DNA of 64,000 nucleotides, from NCBI RefSeq assembly GCF_035084215.1, contig NC_090345.1:3906001-3970000 (forward strand). The letters are read 5' to 3'. The translations under genes were made by a program, and so were the position numbers. The notes under the pieces were generated by a model. It ran no database searches. It had not been told where the DNA came from and saw only the letters and a list, made by a program, of their open reading frames with translations. Below, in pieces: positions 1 to 12,431 of the stretch. The stretch comes from Heptranchias perlo. Its lineage: Eukaryota. Position 1 is the stretch's first letter, and each line of letters begins with the position of its first letter.

Positions 1-1747
1 ATCACTCCTGTGAAGAGTTTTGGGACATTTTACCACGTTAAATGCGCTATGTAAATGCAAGTTGTTGTTGTATATCCATTCTGTCTGAAATCAGCTGCCT
101 AAGTACAGCCCAGCCTTTCAATATGGAACATTCTGTCTCACTACACCCTCCCTTTATCCCCTGGGTCACCCATTGAGTGGCTTTAGTTCTTTAATGAGTC
201 ATTACAAGTTACAGACTGAAAGAATCGGCACCATTTGCCCCTCACTGAGTGAAACTTCTGTGAAGGGGTTGCCTCACAGTGGAGGGGGAGGAATCCAGTC
301 AAGGTGTTTTTTCCCCCTTAACTTTCTCCCCATTTTTTCCTACAGTCACTGACTCCTAATTGGGTGTAGTACCCTAGCTGCTGAGAGGTTGTGGGTTATT
401 TGGTCATGGGGGGCATCATAGCTGAGCCTGGTGTGTGCACGGTTTATTTTATTTTATTATCCTCTCTCGTTCACACTCATGCTCACACTTGCACGCCCAG
501 AATGAGTCACTGAATATTGATCCCCAGCTGGTTTGATTTTTTTTTTCCCTCTCTTGTGCCCTGCCCCCTGCCCCCTGCCCCCGGCCCCGGCCCCTCCTCC
601 TGAGATCAGCCTGAGACCTTCTTGCTCACTGCCACCCTAGAAGGGCCGTTTGCTCCGCAAGGCACTGAGGTGGGGGGAGTCCGTTAGAAATATGTTTAAC
701 TGTTTTCTGCATTTGAAATTATTTCCTTTTTTAAATCATTTTATATTGAAAACTTACTGTTTAAAACTACAGACAGGGTGACAGAAAAGGGTCTGTTATA
801 GAAGCTGAAACCGTGACGAGGTCTGGCCCATCCCGATCACCTGCACGATTTAGGAAAGAGCAGGGTTGTGAGACACAAGAGATCTGCTTCAGTTAATTCT
901 ACTATCCGCCCCAAGCATCCAGGTCACCCAGCTCCATGAGCATGGTCAAAATGGATTTAGAGTGAGCATCGCACACTATAATCGGAGCTGCTAACCAGTG
1001 CACCCACTACACAGAATCCCCAGTACACGTGACGTGGCAGAGTGTGATTTTGGGGAATATTGGCGAGAGTACGGGCAGTTTGCGATTGGGTAATGTTGGT
1101 GAGTGTAAGGCTTTGTCAAAAATTGAGTTCATGTGTAAAATAGCGGATGCTCAAACAATCCCACAGAAGGCGGTGAAAGGAGCCTCTCGACACCCACTCA
1201 CCCATTGCCCCTCATCGCCCACTGCCCCTTAAATCACCCCCTGACCCACTGCCCCTCATCGCCCCCTGCCCCGCATCATCTGAAGCAGAATCCAGGTTGT
1301 TAGATTTAATATTTAAGAGCTTGGTGACCTGAATAGTGGATCTCCACTGGGACCCGTTTCTGTGACTGCACCTGCAGGAGCTACCCTCTGATACTGAATC
1401 CACTCCCCCAGTTACCCCGGATCCTGCCAGGAACTCCCTGCCCAGGTTTCCTTAGGTAAAGTTGGGCCTTTAAGGCTATTGGACACTTGCGTTTTTATTA
1501 TTTCTCCTTATGCCACTCTTCCCCGTTTATTCTTGCCATCAGAAGTCAGTCTCCACAGAAGTGCTGCCAAGGGAGGGGGTGTCTCAAGTTTTATATGCAG
1601 TGTTACACGGCGTGACATTGTGGGTGAAGGTAGATCCCACAAACAGCAATGAGGTGACTGAGCAGTTAATCTGATTGTGATAAGGAAGGAATGTTCTCCA
1701 TACCTGGAGAATTCCTTGTTGTTATTACCTCGGCACCTCATCCACTA

Positions 1748-2137
1748 GCCTAAACATCCACTCCCTTCACCACCGGCGCACCGTGGCTGCAGTGTGTACT
1801 AGCAACGGGATGCACCGCAGCAACTCGCCAAGGCTTCTTCGACAGCACCTCCCAAACCTGCGATCTCTTCCACCTAGATGGACAAGGGCAGCAGGCACAT
1901 GGGAACAACACCACCTGCACGTTCCCCTCCAAGTCACTCGCCGTCCCGTTCCCTCATCGTTGCTGTGTTGAAATCCTGGAACTCCCTTCCTAACAGCACT
2001 GTGGGAGAACCTTCACCACACGGACTGCAGCGGCTCAAGAAGGCGGCTCACCACCCCCTTCTCAAGGGCAGTTAGGGATGGGCAATAAATGCCGGCCTCG
2101 CCAGCGACGCCCACATCCCAGGAACGAATTTTTAAAA
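1748..2137 (+). mobile_element. 3' fragment of the same EN-RT retrotransposon family
   Basis: Closely matches the reverse complement of 16100-16500 (HSLHHRRTVAAVC..LLKG, GGGATGGGCAATAAATGCCGG tail). Confidence 0.85.
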
Positions 2138-2622
2138 GAATACAAATACATGAATTTGAAATGAGCCAGCATTACAGACAGGGCCTTGGTTTAAGGTTTC
2201 CTATGAAGGAAGCTAGCCCTGATAATGCAGCACTCCCTCAGTACTGCACTGAAGTGCCTGCCGAGATTATGTTTTCAAGTCCTGGAGCGGGGCTTGAATC
2301 CGCAAACCTCTAACCCAGAGAGCAGAATGCTACCAGTGAGCCAAGCTGACATGGTTTTAGAAATAATTCTAAAGGATTGAGCACTTTCTCCAGGAATCTA
2401 TCTGAGCTGCAAGTGGAGAATCTTACTAAATTAACTGGGATTGCGAATTGAGTTGTAAATCCTCGAGAATTATTCTCTGAATCAATACAGCAGATCCGAG
2501 ACAGAGAAAATTTGAGCGGAGAATAATGTCAAGACAAACCAGGTGGCCGTGCTAGATCAGGAGCTCACCTGAACGCACCCCTCGATCGACAGACAGCCCA
2601 GCACATCTGTCCTGTGGGGTAC

Positions 2623-2640
2623 TGCTGCCACCTGGTGGCA
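2623..2640 (-). promoter_or_regulatory. CTCF-like site in FBXW4 intron
   Basis: TGCCACCAGGTGGCAGCA on - fits the CCASYAGRKGGCR core. Confidence 0.5.
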
Positions 2641-2784
2641 ATTAAGGTCACTGCAGGAACCAGAGACAGAGGGAAATTCATTTTGCTGTGAAAATTGTAT
2701 AGATTTTTTTTGCAAATATGCATGGTCAGTTTTTTTATGCTCACCAAGGTGGTGAGGCAGTGGAGGATTTCTTGCAGCCAGTGT

Positions 2785-3366
2785 CAGGGCAGGTACAGCA
2801 CGGGTTGGATACAAAGTAAAGCTCCCTCTACACTGTCCCATCAAACACTCCCAGGGTAGGTACAGCACGGGTTAGATACAGAGTAAAGCTCCCTCTACAC
2901 TGTCCCATCAAACACTCGAGGGGCAGGTACAGCACGGGTTAGATACAGAGTAAAGCTCCCTCTACATTGTCCCATCAAACACTCCCAGGGCTGGTACAGC
3001 ACAGGTTAGATACAGAGTAAAGCTCCCTCTACACTGTCCCATCAAACACTCCCAGGGCAGGTACAGGGTTAGATACAGAGTAAAGCTCCCTCTACACTGT
3101 CCCATCAAACACTCCCAGGGCAGGTACAGCACGGGTTAGATACAGAGTAAAGCTCCCTCTATATTGTCCCATCAAATACTCCCAGGGCAGGTACAGCATG
3201 GGTTAGATGCAGAGTAAAGCTCCCTCTACACTGTCCCATCAAACACTCCCAGGGCAGGTACAGCACGGATTAGATACGGAGTAAAGCTCCCTCTACACTG
3301 TCCCATCAAACACTCCCAGGGCAGGTACAGCACGGGTTAGATACGGAGTAAAGCTCCCTCTACACT
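2785..3366 (+). repeat. 67-bp tandem array (about 8.7 units)
   Basis: Unit GGGTTAGATACAGAGTAAAGCTCCCTCTACACTGTCCCATCAAACACTCCCAGGGCAGGTACAGCAC. Confidence 0.95.
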
Positions 3367-3534
3367 TCTCTACTAATGGGCCTCAGAACTAACCTCGGAA
3401 GGACGCTCACTACTACAATAGTATGACATTGGGATGGGCAATAAATGCCGGCCTTGCCACTGATACCCACATCCCAAGAACTTTTTTAAAAATGGACACT
3501 ATAAATGAACAGTGTAAAATTTGGAAAATGGGTC

Positions 3535-4067
3535 ATTTCTGGGCACTGCACCTTCGGAAGGATATATTGTCCTTGGAGGGAGTGCAGCGTAGATTTACTG
3601 GAATGATACCTGGACTCCAAGGGTTAAATTACGAGGAGAGATTACACAAACTAGGGTTGTATTCCCTGGAATTTAGAAGATTAAGGGATGATTTGATCGA
3701 AGTTTTCAAGATCTTAAGGGGAACTGATGGGGTAGATGGAGAGAAACTATTTCCGCTGTTAAGGGAATCTAGGACTAGGGGTCAGAGCCTAAAAATTAGA
3801 GCCAGGACTTTCAGGAGTGAAGTTAGGAAACACTTCTACACACAAAGGGTGGTAGAAGTTTGGAACTCTCTCCCACAAATGGCAGTTGATGCTAGCTCAA
3901 TTGTTAATTTTAAATCTGAGATTGATAGATTTTTGTTAACCAAAGTTATTAAGGGATATGGGACTAAGGTGGGTATATGGAGTTAGGTCACAGATCAGCC
4001 ATGATCTCATTGAATGGCGGAACAGGCTCGAGGGGCTAAATGGCCTCCTCCTGTTCCTGTGTTCCTA
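3535..4067 (+). mobile_element. CR1 LINE 3' fragment
   Basis: ORF2 C-terminus [25 protein letters not shown] and CR1-type tail. Confidence 0.9.
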
Positions 4068-4858
4068 GAATGAGATGGATGAGAAGTGTGTTTTTGATGG
4101 GGTTCTGATTTGTGCCACTTCCTTCAAACGGGAGAGGCTGGGTATTGAAATAATTGCACGAGGAGCTCTGGTGTTGCTGTGCCACTCTAGTACCAGAGCC
4201 CCATCACTCCTGTCTCAAACACGATAGGTTTAAGTGATCGACAGTCCCAGGGGGGTGGCCAGGAGTCGGACTGACACAGCTGGTGGAGGCAGAGGGCAAT
4301 TTGTTGTGGAAGGTCTAGGGATTCCTCCATCTTCTGCTGTTCTTGCTGTTCCTATAAAGTGATAATTGCCAGAAAGCCTTCCGACATTCTGAAAGCTAAT
4401 GTGTCTTTCAGGATTCCCAGGGGACTGCCTAATGCGAAGGGTGAGTGACGGGATAGCACAACTGGATGGGGTTAAGCGAACAATGAGCTGGACTACTGTA
4501 ACAATATCCCGGGCGAAACACAGTGTATTACACTATATACAGGAGAGGAACTATACAGGGTAAAACACGGAGAGGGACTGACAGTCCTTGGACCCAGACC
4601 CCAGCAGCCCAGCATTTTGGTTAAAAAAATTCTTGTCTTTCGCTTGTTCCCTCTCTTGTGCTGGGGCACCTGCTCCCCTTCCGCTCCCCTCCAGTTCCTC
4701 ACCCTTTGTTAATTGTTTATCAGTGGGTATTGGCAAGTCATTCAGTTAAGGGGGATATCACAGCTGAGTCCTCATCCTAACACCCACATGGAAACTTTCC
4801 ACCAGGAACTCCTGCTGATTATTAACCCAGGGGTCCTGAGGGAGCCCGGAGCCCTCCA

Positions 4859-5631
4859 ACATTGCTTTGGTGATCCTGGGATATTGGTGCTCTGTATGGG
4901 TCAGCATTGCCCTGGTGATCCTGGGATATTGGTGCTCTGTATGGGTCAGCACTGCCCTGGTGATCCTGGGATATCGGTGCTCTGTATGGGTCAGCACTGC
5001 CCTGGTGATCCTGGGATATCCGTGCTCTGTATGGGTCAGCACTGCCCTGGTGATCCTGGGATATCCGTGCGCTGTATGGGTCAGCACTGCCCTGGTGATC
5101 CTGGGATATCCGTGCGCTGTATGGGTCAGCACTGCCCTGGTGATCCTGGGATATCCGTGCGCTGTATGGGTCAGCACTGCCCTGGTGATCCTGGGATATC
5201 CGTGCTCTGTATGGGTCAGCACTGCCCTGGTGATCCTGGGATATCCGTGCTCTGTATGGGTCAGCACTGCCCTGGTGATCCTGGGATATCCGTGCGCTGT
5301 ATGGGTCAGCACTGCCCTGGTGATCCTGGGATATCCGTGCGCTGTATGGGTCAGCACTGCCCTGGTGATCCTGGGATATCCGTGCGCTGTATGGGTCAGC
5401 ACTGCCCTGGTGATCCTGGGATATCCGTGCTCTGTATGGGTCAGCACTGCCCTGGTGATCCTGGGATATCCGTGCTCTGTATGGGTCAGCACTGCCCTGG
5501 TGATCCTGGGATATCCGTGCGCTGTATGGGTCAGCACTGCCCTGGTGATCCTGGGATATCCGTGCTCTGTATGGGTCAGCACTGCCCTGGTGATCCTGGG
5601 ATATCCGTGCTCTGTATGGGTCAGCACTGCC
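4859..5631. repeat. 45-bp minisatellite, 17 units
   Basis: Unit CCCTGGTGATCCTGGGATATCCGTGC(T/G)CTGTATGGGTCAGCACTG. Confidence 0.97.
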
Positions 5632-6908
5632 AAGGATGGTGCAATGAACAATTGAGCTATCGGGTGCTGTTTTTAAAAAAATTTGAGATGATTAAGAATG
5701 TATGAAGACCGTTGATTTTTCTTCCGGATTGGATCTGAGAAGCTCATAAAGCAAATTAAAAGGTGGGCCAGAACTGTCAGGGTTAAAGCCCCCACCCAGC
5801 AGGGAGATGCATTAGACTGTCCCTGGTAGAGAATGCATTAAAGGACACAGGAAGCAGCTTAATGGGCCTCTCCATAGTCTACAGCTCTCTCGATACTCAT
5901 TTCATCTCCAGCACTCATAGGAACACTGCTGTGTTCACTATCATCCAATCGTACTGGACTGTCAGCTGACTCCTCCGAGTTAATGAGGCCGCATTCATCA
6001 ACGCTGAGATTGTGAGTTTGCGTCTCCGGGCTGCCTAATGTTCCACGTGGTTCCCTGGCTATCACGTGCTCAATTTCCAGCTCTCTGTCCCCCTAAAACA
6101 TCCACTTCATGGTCCTAGTCCTCATCTTCAAATCCCTGGCACTCTTTCCACACCTACGATACAGACCTTTAAAACAACGAAAGGTGCAGGTGAGGTGGAA
6201 GCAAACCAGTTTCTTATCTTGGACAGTGAGCACAGGACGCAGGAAGACAGGTACAGAATTCTCGAGCCTTGAGTGAGATTGGATCAGACAGCACCGTTAA
6301 AAGGAGTGGGGTTGATATCTGTCGAGAAGAGGGATTGAGCGTTAGAAAGGAGAGAGTTGGGGGAAGGAGCTTATTATCTGTCAAGTAGGATATCAGCAGG
6401 TGTCTTGGGAGGGAAGTCAGTGATAGAATAATCACATGTGCTCTGGATGGAGTGGGCCTGATGGGCTGAATGGCCCCTCCTTACTTTGGATTTTGTTATA
6501 TTCTCATCAGCCTGACCCCCTCAAGTTATATGTACAACTGCACCCTTCGTGTCTAGATTTCTGCTCATCCCTCGCTCCCTCCATTCCACCATCATTGGTC
6601 GAGGCTTTAGTCACCTGCTCTCTGGAACTCCCATCTAAAACTATCCCCTCCCTATCCCTCTCCCTCTGAAAACTGCCCCCCTCGCTCCCCCTCGCTACCC
6701 CTCCACTCACTACCTCTGACCCTAACCCACTCCCCCCCGCTATCCCTCTCCCTCCAAAAAGTGCCCCCCCACTACCTCTCTCACCCTAACCCACTCCCCC
6801 TCACTATCCCTCTCCCTCCCAAACCCACTCCCCCTCACTATCCCTCTTGCTCCCAAACCCCGCTCCCCCTCCCTATTCCTCTCCCTCCCAAACCCCGCTC
6901 CCCCTTGC

Positions 6909-8890
6909 TGTGGCTCAGTGATAGCACTCTCGCCTCTATATCAGAAGATTGTGGGTTGCACTCCAGAGACTTGAGCACATAATCTAGGCTAACACTTCAG
7001 TGCAGTACTGAGGGAATGTTGTACTGTCTGAGGTGCCATCTTTTGGATGAGACATTAAACTGAGCCCCGTCTGGCCCCTCAGGTGCACGTAAAACTTCCC
7101 ATGACACTATTGCGAAGAAGAGCAGGGATGTTCTCCTCGGTGTCCAGGCGAATATTTATCCCTTGACCAACATAACTTTTTTTTAAAATTATTTATCTGG
7201 TCATTATCGCATTACTGTTTGTGGGACCTTGCTGCGTGCAAATTGGCTGCCGCATTTCCTACATTACAACAGTGACAAGGGAGGAAATAGCGGAGGCTCT
7301 GACCATCATTTTCCAATCCTCCATGGCTACAGGCGTATTGCCGGAGGATTGGAGGACTGCTAACATTGTACCGTTGTTTAAAAAGGGAGAAAAGGATAGG
7401 CCGAGTAATTACAGGCCAGTCAGTCTAAACTCGGTGGTGGGCAAATTATTGGAATCAATTCTGAGGGACAGCATAAATCGTCATTTAGAAAGACACGGAT
7501 TAATCAAGGACAGTCAGCATGGATTTGTTAAGGGAAGGTTGTGTCTGACTAACTTGATTGAATTTTTGAGGCGGTAACAAGGAGGGTCGATGAGGGTAAC
7601 GTGTTTGATGTAGTGTATACGGATTTTAGCAAGGTTTTTGACAAGGTCCCACATGGCAGACTGGTCAAAAAAGTAAAAGCCCATGTGATCCAAGAGAGAG
7701 TGGCAAGTTGGATCCAAAATTGGCTCAGTGGCAGGAAACAAAAAGTAATGGTTGACGGGTGTTTTTGCAACTGGAAGGCTGATTCCAATGGGATTCTGCA
7801 AGGCTCAGTACTAGGCCCCTTGCTTTTTGTGGTATATATTAATGATTTGGACTTGAATGTGGGAGGCTTGATCAGGAAGTTTGCAGATGACATAAAAATT
7901 GGCCATGTGGTTGATAGTGAGGAGGAAAGCTGTAGACTGCAGGAAGAGATCAATGTACTAGTCAGGTGGGCAGAAAAGTGGCAAATGGAATTCAATCCGG
8001 AGAAGTGTGAGGTAATGCATTTGTGGAGGGCAAACAAGGCAAGGGAGTACACAATAAATGGGAGGATACTGAGAGGTGTAGAGGAACAAAGGGACCTTGG
8101 AGTGCATGTCCACAGATCCCTGAAGGTAGCAGGACAGGTAGATAAGGTGGTTAAAAAGGCATACAGGATACTTTCCATTATTAGCCGAGGCATAGAATGT
8201 AAGAGCAGGGAGTTTATGCTGGAACTGTACAAAACATTGGTTAGGCCACAGCTTGAGTACTGCGTACAGTTCTGGTCACCACATTACAGGAAAGATGTGA
8301 TTGCATAGAGAGGGTACAGAGGAGATCTACAAGGATGTTGCCAGGACTGGAGAATTTTAGCTATGAGAAAAGTTTGGATAGGCTGGGGTTGTTTTCTTTG
8401 GAACAAAGGAGGCTGAGGGGAGATTTAATTGAGGTGTATAAAATTGTGACAGGACTAGATAGAGTGGATAGGGAGGACCTATTTCCCTTGGCAGTGGGGT
8501 CAGTGACCAGGGGGCATAGATTGAAAGTAATTGGTAGAAGGATTAGAGAGGAGCTGAGAATTAATTTCACCCAGAGGGTGGTGGGGGTCTGGAACTCACT
8601 GCCTGAAACGGTGGTAGAGGCAGAAACCCTCAACTCATTTAAAAAGTACCTGGATGTGCACCTGAAGTGCTGTAACCTACAGGGCTACGGACCAAGTGCT
8701 GGAAAGTGGGATTAAGCTAGATAGCTCTTTTTTGGCCAGCACGGACACGATGGGCCAAATGGCCTCCTTCTGTACCGTAACTTTCTATGATTCTATGACT
8801 AAACTTAAAAAGTACTTCATTGGCTGTGAAACGCTTTGGGATGTCCTGAGGTCATGAAAGGCGCTATATAAATGCAGGTTCTTTCTTTAC
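6909..8890 (+). mobile_element. tRNA-derived Deu-domain SINE (AmnSINE1/SacSINE1-like), split by the CR1
   Basis: TGGCTCAGTG A box, GGTGCCATCTTTTGGATGAGAC..CAAATTGGCTGCC Deu-like core, GCGCTATATAAATGCA tail. Confidence 0.8.
7277..8798 (+). mobile_element. 5'-truncated CR1 LINE (RT) inserted in a Deu-SINE
   Basis: NYRPVSL, QGSVLGP, FADD, with frameshifts; (TTCTATGA)2 tail; SINE sequence resumes at about 8796. Confidence 0.92.
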
Positions 8891-9091
8891 TTCTCTTCCT
8901 CCCAAAACCACTCCCTCCTCACTATCCCGCTTAACCTCCCTCCCTCCTTTCAAAAGCCTCTTTAAAAATTTGTCTTTGTTCTTTTCTTTCCCTCCCCCTC
9001 CCTCCTTATTCTTTCCTGTCGTCGTTAGCAGCTCTTCTTTCAGCCTTGGGTGAGATACTTCCTCTGTCCTAACTGGCCTCTTGTGTTCCAG

Positions 9092-9233
9092 GCGCAGTGT
9101 GATGGAGTGGGAGGAGCCTCACGACTGTGCGCTCTATTGCCTGCGGAGTGACGGAAACTTCATGATCGCCAGTGGCTCCTCACGCTACGGGGTCGTCCGT
9201 CTCTGGGACAAGAGGCAGACGAAAAGTCTGCAG
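9092..9233 (+). CDS. FBXW4: FBXW4 (dactylin, F-box/WD40) penultimate coding exon
   Basis: ttccag acceptor and CAG|gtaagt donor; encodes RSVMEWEEPHDCALYCLRSDGNFMIASGSSRYGVVRLWDKRQTKSLQ, matching the vertebrate FBXW4 WD40 segment. No upstream exons seen in the window. Confidence 0.95.
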
Positions 9234-9552
9234 GTAAGTCGGGTCTGGCTGAGAGTAAGAATGCTAAATATTTCCCCCTCGCCTCCTCTCCTGCATCACC
9301 CGAGCTGCAATCTTCACGCCTGAACCTGGACAGCGAGCACCGCCGAACTTTGCGACTTTGGGGGAAGGTCGATCCTGGTCGCAACACCATCCACACTTCC
9401 GCTGATCAGGAGCAGGCTGCTGGTCCAGGGACACAGATGCTGGTTATAGCCGCGAACAGCTGGTTCGCTACCAACCAGGGATTGGCACTGGCACTGGCAC
9501 CTTCCTGGTCTGTAATAGCACAGTGTCGCAGCAAATGGTGGATTTACAACTA

Positions 9553-9965
9553 CATAGAATTTTACAGCACAGGAACGGGCCATTCGGCCCATCAGGTCTG
9601 TGCCGGTGTTTATGCTCCACACGAGCCTCCTCCCTCTTTACTTCATCTCCCCCTATCAGCATATCCTTCTATTCCTTTCTCCCTCATGTGTTTATCCAGC
9701 TTCCCCTTAAATGCCTCAATGATATTCGCCTCAACCACTGCTTGTGGTAGCGAGTTCCACATTCTCACCACTCTCTGGGTAAAGAAGTTTCTCCTGAATT
9801 CCCTATTGGATTTATTAGTGACTATCTTATATTTATGGCCCCTAGTTTTGGACTCCCCACACAAATGGAAACATCTTTACATCTACCCTATCAAAGCCCT
9901 TTATAATTTTAAAGACCTCTATCAGGTCGCCTCTCAGTCTTCTCTTTTCTAGAGAAAAGACCCCC
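9553..9965 (-). mobile_element. CR1 LINE 3' fragment
   Basis: TRGHKYK..FFTQRVVRMWNSLP. Confidence 0.85.
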
Positions 9966-10312
9966 AGCCTGATAGTTATAACCCACAACTGAGCCATCAG
10001 AGAGCCTTAGAAATATTGCTGAAACATTTCTATCGTGCCACAACTCAAACATCTCACAGCACTTCACACACAGTGCGGCCACTGTTACGGGGACAAACGC
10101 CACAGCACATCAGTGTCTGGGCTTGCATGAGGAACGAGATAGCGAGGGGCTGCCTGTGCCCACGGAGCTGTGTCCCAGCAGAGAGTAGGACGGGAGAAAA
10201 CTGGAGTTTGAATGGGAAGGAGAACCAGATAGAGTCTGTTGTTCCTCTGTATAGAGCAGCTGCCACGGGTCGCAGAGCTAACCACCTTCTGTTCTGTTTC
10301 TTGTTCCTCCAG

Positions 10313-10450
10313 GTATTTTTCCTCTCCTCTTCCCCCGGCAGCAGCCCCGTGTACTGCCTCCGATTTACTACCTCACACCTGTACGCCGCCTTGTCCTACG
10401 CACTTTACACGTTGGATTTTACAATCTCTGACCCACGGCACGGGAAATAA
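10313..10450 (+). CDS. FBXW4: FBXW4 last coding exon
   Basis: Polypyrimidine tract + cag acceptor, phase 0; VFFLSSSPGSSPVYCLRFTTSHLYAALSYALYTLDF...GK* matches the FBXW4 C-terminus (SSPVYCLR..HLYAALSY). Confidence 0.95.
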   Translation, partial: VFFLSSSPGSSPVYCLRFTTSHLYAALSYALYTLDFTISDPRHGK

Positions 10451-10652
10451 ACGGGCGGGCACCTAGAACATGGCATAAAGTGGGGACCCCCAGACCCCCA
10501 GCTGCACATCTAAAGCCAGAGACCGACCAGCACGTTATCAATCGATGCTTTAGAGACAGGAATCGTGCCGTCGCACTTCCAACTCCACAGTTCCTTTAAG
10601 AATCACTTTTTTGTGTTTTTTAAAAAGAAAAGAGGAAGAGTCTTTTATTTGC

Positions 10653-10658
10653 AATAAA
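10653..10658 (+). terminator. FBXW4 polyadenylation signal
   Basis: AATAAA about 200 nt after the stop, in a T-rich context with TG-rich sequence downstream. Confidence 0.65.
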
Positions 10659-11014
10659 TTTTATATAACTTGTATATAAATGTTGTTACAATAGGTTGTC
10701 ATTTCTCCTCTAACTGGATTCCTGTTACTAGCAGCACCTGGAGTAGCTTCTAATGCCTGTAGCAACCTGATGTTAATACCTGATGTTTGAAAGCAAATGT
10801 TAAAAACAAGCGTTGCATTTCTACAGAACAGTCTTGTGTCTCAAACATCCCAGTGCTTTGCGTAGAATGGATTGGTGTTTGAAGTTTAGTTACTGTTATC
10901 ATCTAGGCAAACGCAGCAGCCAATTTGTGCACAGCAAGATTCTGCAAACAGCGAATGAGATAAATGACCAGTAATGCTTGTTTTCAGTGGTGTTGGTTGA
11001 GGGAGGAACGTTGG

Positions 11015-11370
11015 AACATAATAAGAACACAAGTAGGACATTCGGCCCCTCGAGCCTGCTCCACCATTCAACAAGATTGTGGCTGATCTTTGACCTCAAC
11101 TCCACTTTCCCGCCTGATCCCCATATCCCTTGATCCCCCTAGAGTCTAAAATTCTATCTCAGCCTTGAATATATTCAATGACTCAGCAGCCACAGCCCTC
11201 TGGGGGAGAGAATTCCAAAGATTCACAATCCTCTGCGTGAAGAAATTCCTCCTGATCTCAGTCTTGAATGGCCGACCCCTTATCCTGAGACTATGCCCCC
11301 TAGTCCTAGACTCTCCAGCCAGGGGAAACAACCTCTCAGCATCTACCCTGTCAAGCCCCCTCAGAATTTT
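11015..11370 (-). mobile_element. CR1 LINE 3' fragment nested in a minus-strand Deu-SINE (10805-11515)
   Basis: RTRGHSL..FFTQRIVNLWNSLP flanked by the two SINE halves. Confidence 0.8.
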
Positions 11371-11710
11371 ATATGGGCCAGGACGCTGGGAGAACTCCCT
11401 GCTCATCCCTGAATCTTGCCGTCGGATCTTTCTGAACAGGCAGATAAGGCCTTTGTTTAACCATCTCATTCAAAAGACACACTCCCCCAGTGCTGCCCTG
11501 AAGTGTCAGCTCAATGACGGACCAAAAAGATTTGTTGGTCCGAGGTGGGAGGAGGGACCACAATGATTGGCACCTGTCGCTGGGTTTGGAGCGGGTAAAG
11601 AATCTGCCAGGGTTCCTTTCCCTGTTTGTCCCTTGTGAAAAGTGCAGAACTGACGTGGTTGGGCTCAAGAATGGCCACTTGGGTAAGAGTGTTGCAGGAA
11701 TCTGTACCTC

Positions 11711-12431
11711 AGCACGGGTTAGATACAGAGTAAAGCTCCCTCTACACTGTCCCATCAAACACTCCCAGGGCAGGTACAGCACGGGTTAGATACAGAGTAA
11801 AGCTCCCTCTACACTGTCCCATCAAACACTCCCAGGGCAGGTACAGCACGGGTTAGATACAGAGTAAAGCTCCCTCTACACTGTCCCATCAAACACTCCC
11901 AGGGCAGGTACAGCACGGGTTAGATACAGAGTAAAGCTCCCTCTACACTGTCCCATCAAACACTCCCAGGGCAGGTACAGCACGGGTTAGATACAGAGTA
12001 AAGCTCCCTCTACACTGTCCCATCAAACACTCCCAGGGCAGGTACAGCACGGGTTAGATACAGAGTAAAGCTCCCTCTACACTGTCCCATCAAACACTCC
12101 CAGGGCAGGTACAGCACGGGTTAGATACAGAGTAAAGCTCCCTCTACACTGTCCCATCAAACACTCCCAGGGCAGGTACAGCACGGGTTAGATACAGAGT
12201 AAAGCTCCCTCTACACTGTCCCATCAAACACTCCCAGGGCAGGTACAGCACGGGTTAGATACAGAGTAAAGCTCCCTCTACACTGTCCCATCAAACACTC
12301 CCAGGGCAGGTACAGCACGGGTTAGATACAGAGTAAAGCTCCCTCTACACTGTCCCATCAAACACTCCCAGGGCAGGTACAGCACGGGTTAGATACAGAG
12401 TAAAGCTCCCTCTACACTGTCCCATCAAACA
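11711..12431 (+). repeat. 67-bp tandem array (about 10.8 essentially identical units)
   Basis: Same unit; period 67 (11716 to 11783). Confidence 0.97.

Noticed and set aside
4713-5705. 330-, 297- and 262-aa repetitive ORFs (collagen-like GDPG look)
   Set aside because: By-products of a stop-free 45-bp VNTR open in several frames on both strands; intronic, with no gene structure.
7549-8232. 227-aa antisense ORF and similar antisense ORFs over CR1 copies
   Set aside because: Typical shadow frames on the opposite strand of LINE RT sequence.
11711-12431. Regular arrays resembling CRISPR
   Set aside because: Pure head-to-tail repeats without unique spacers, no cas genes, eukaryotic context.
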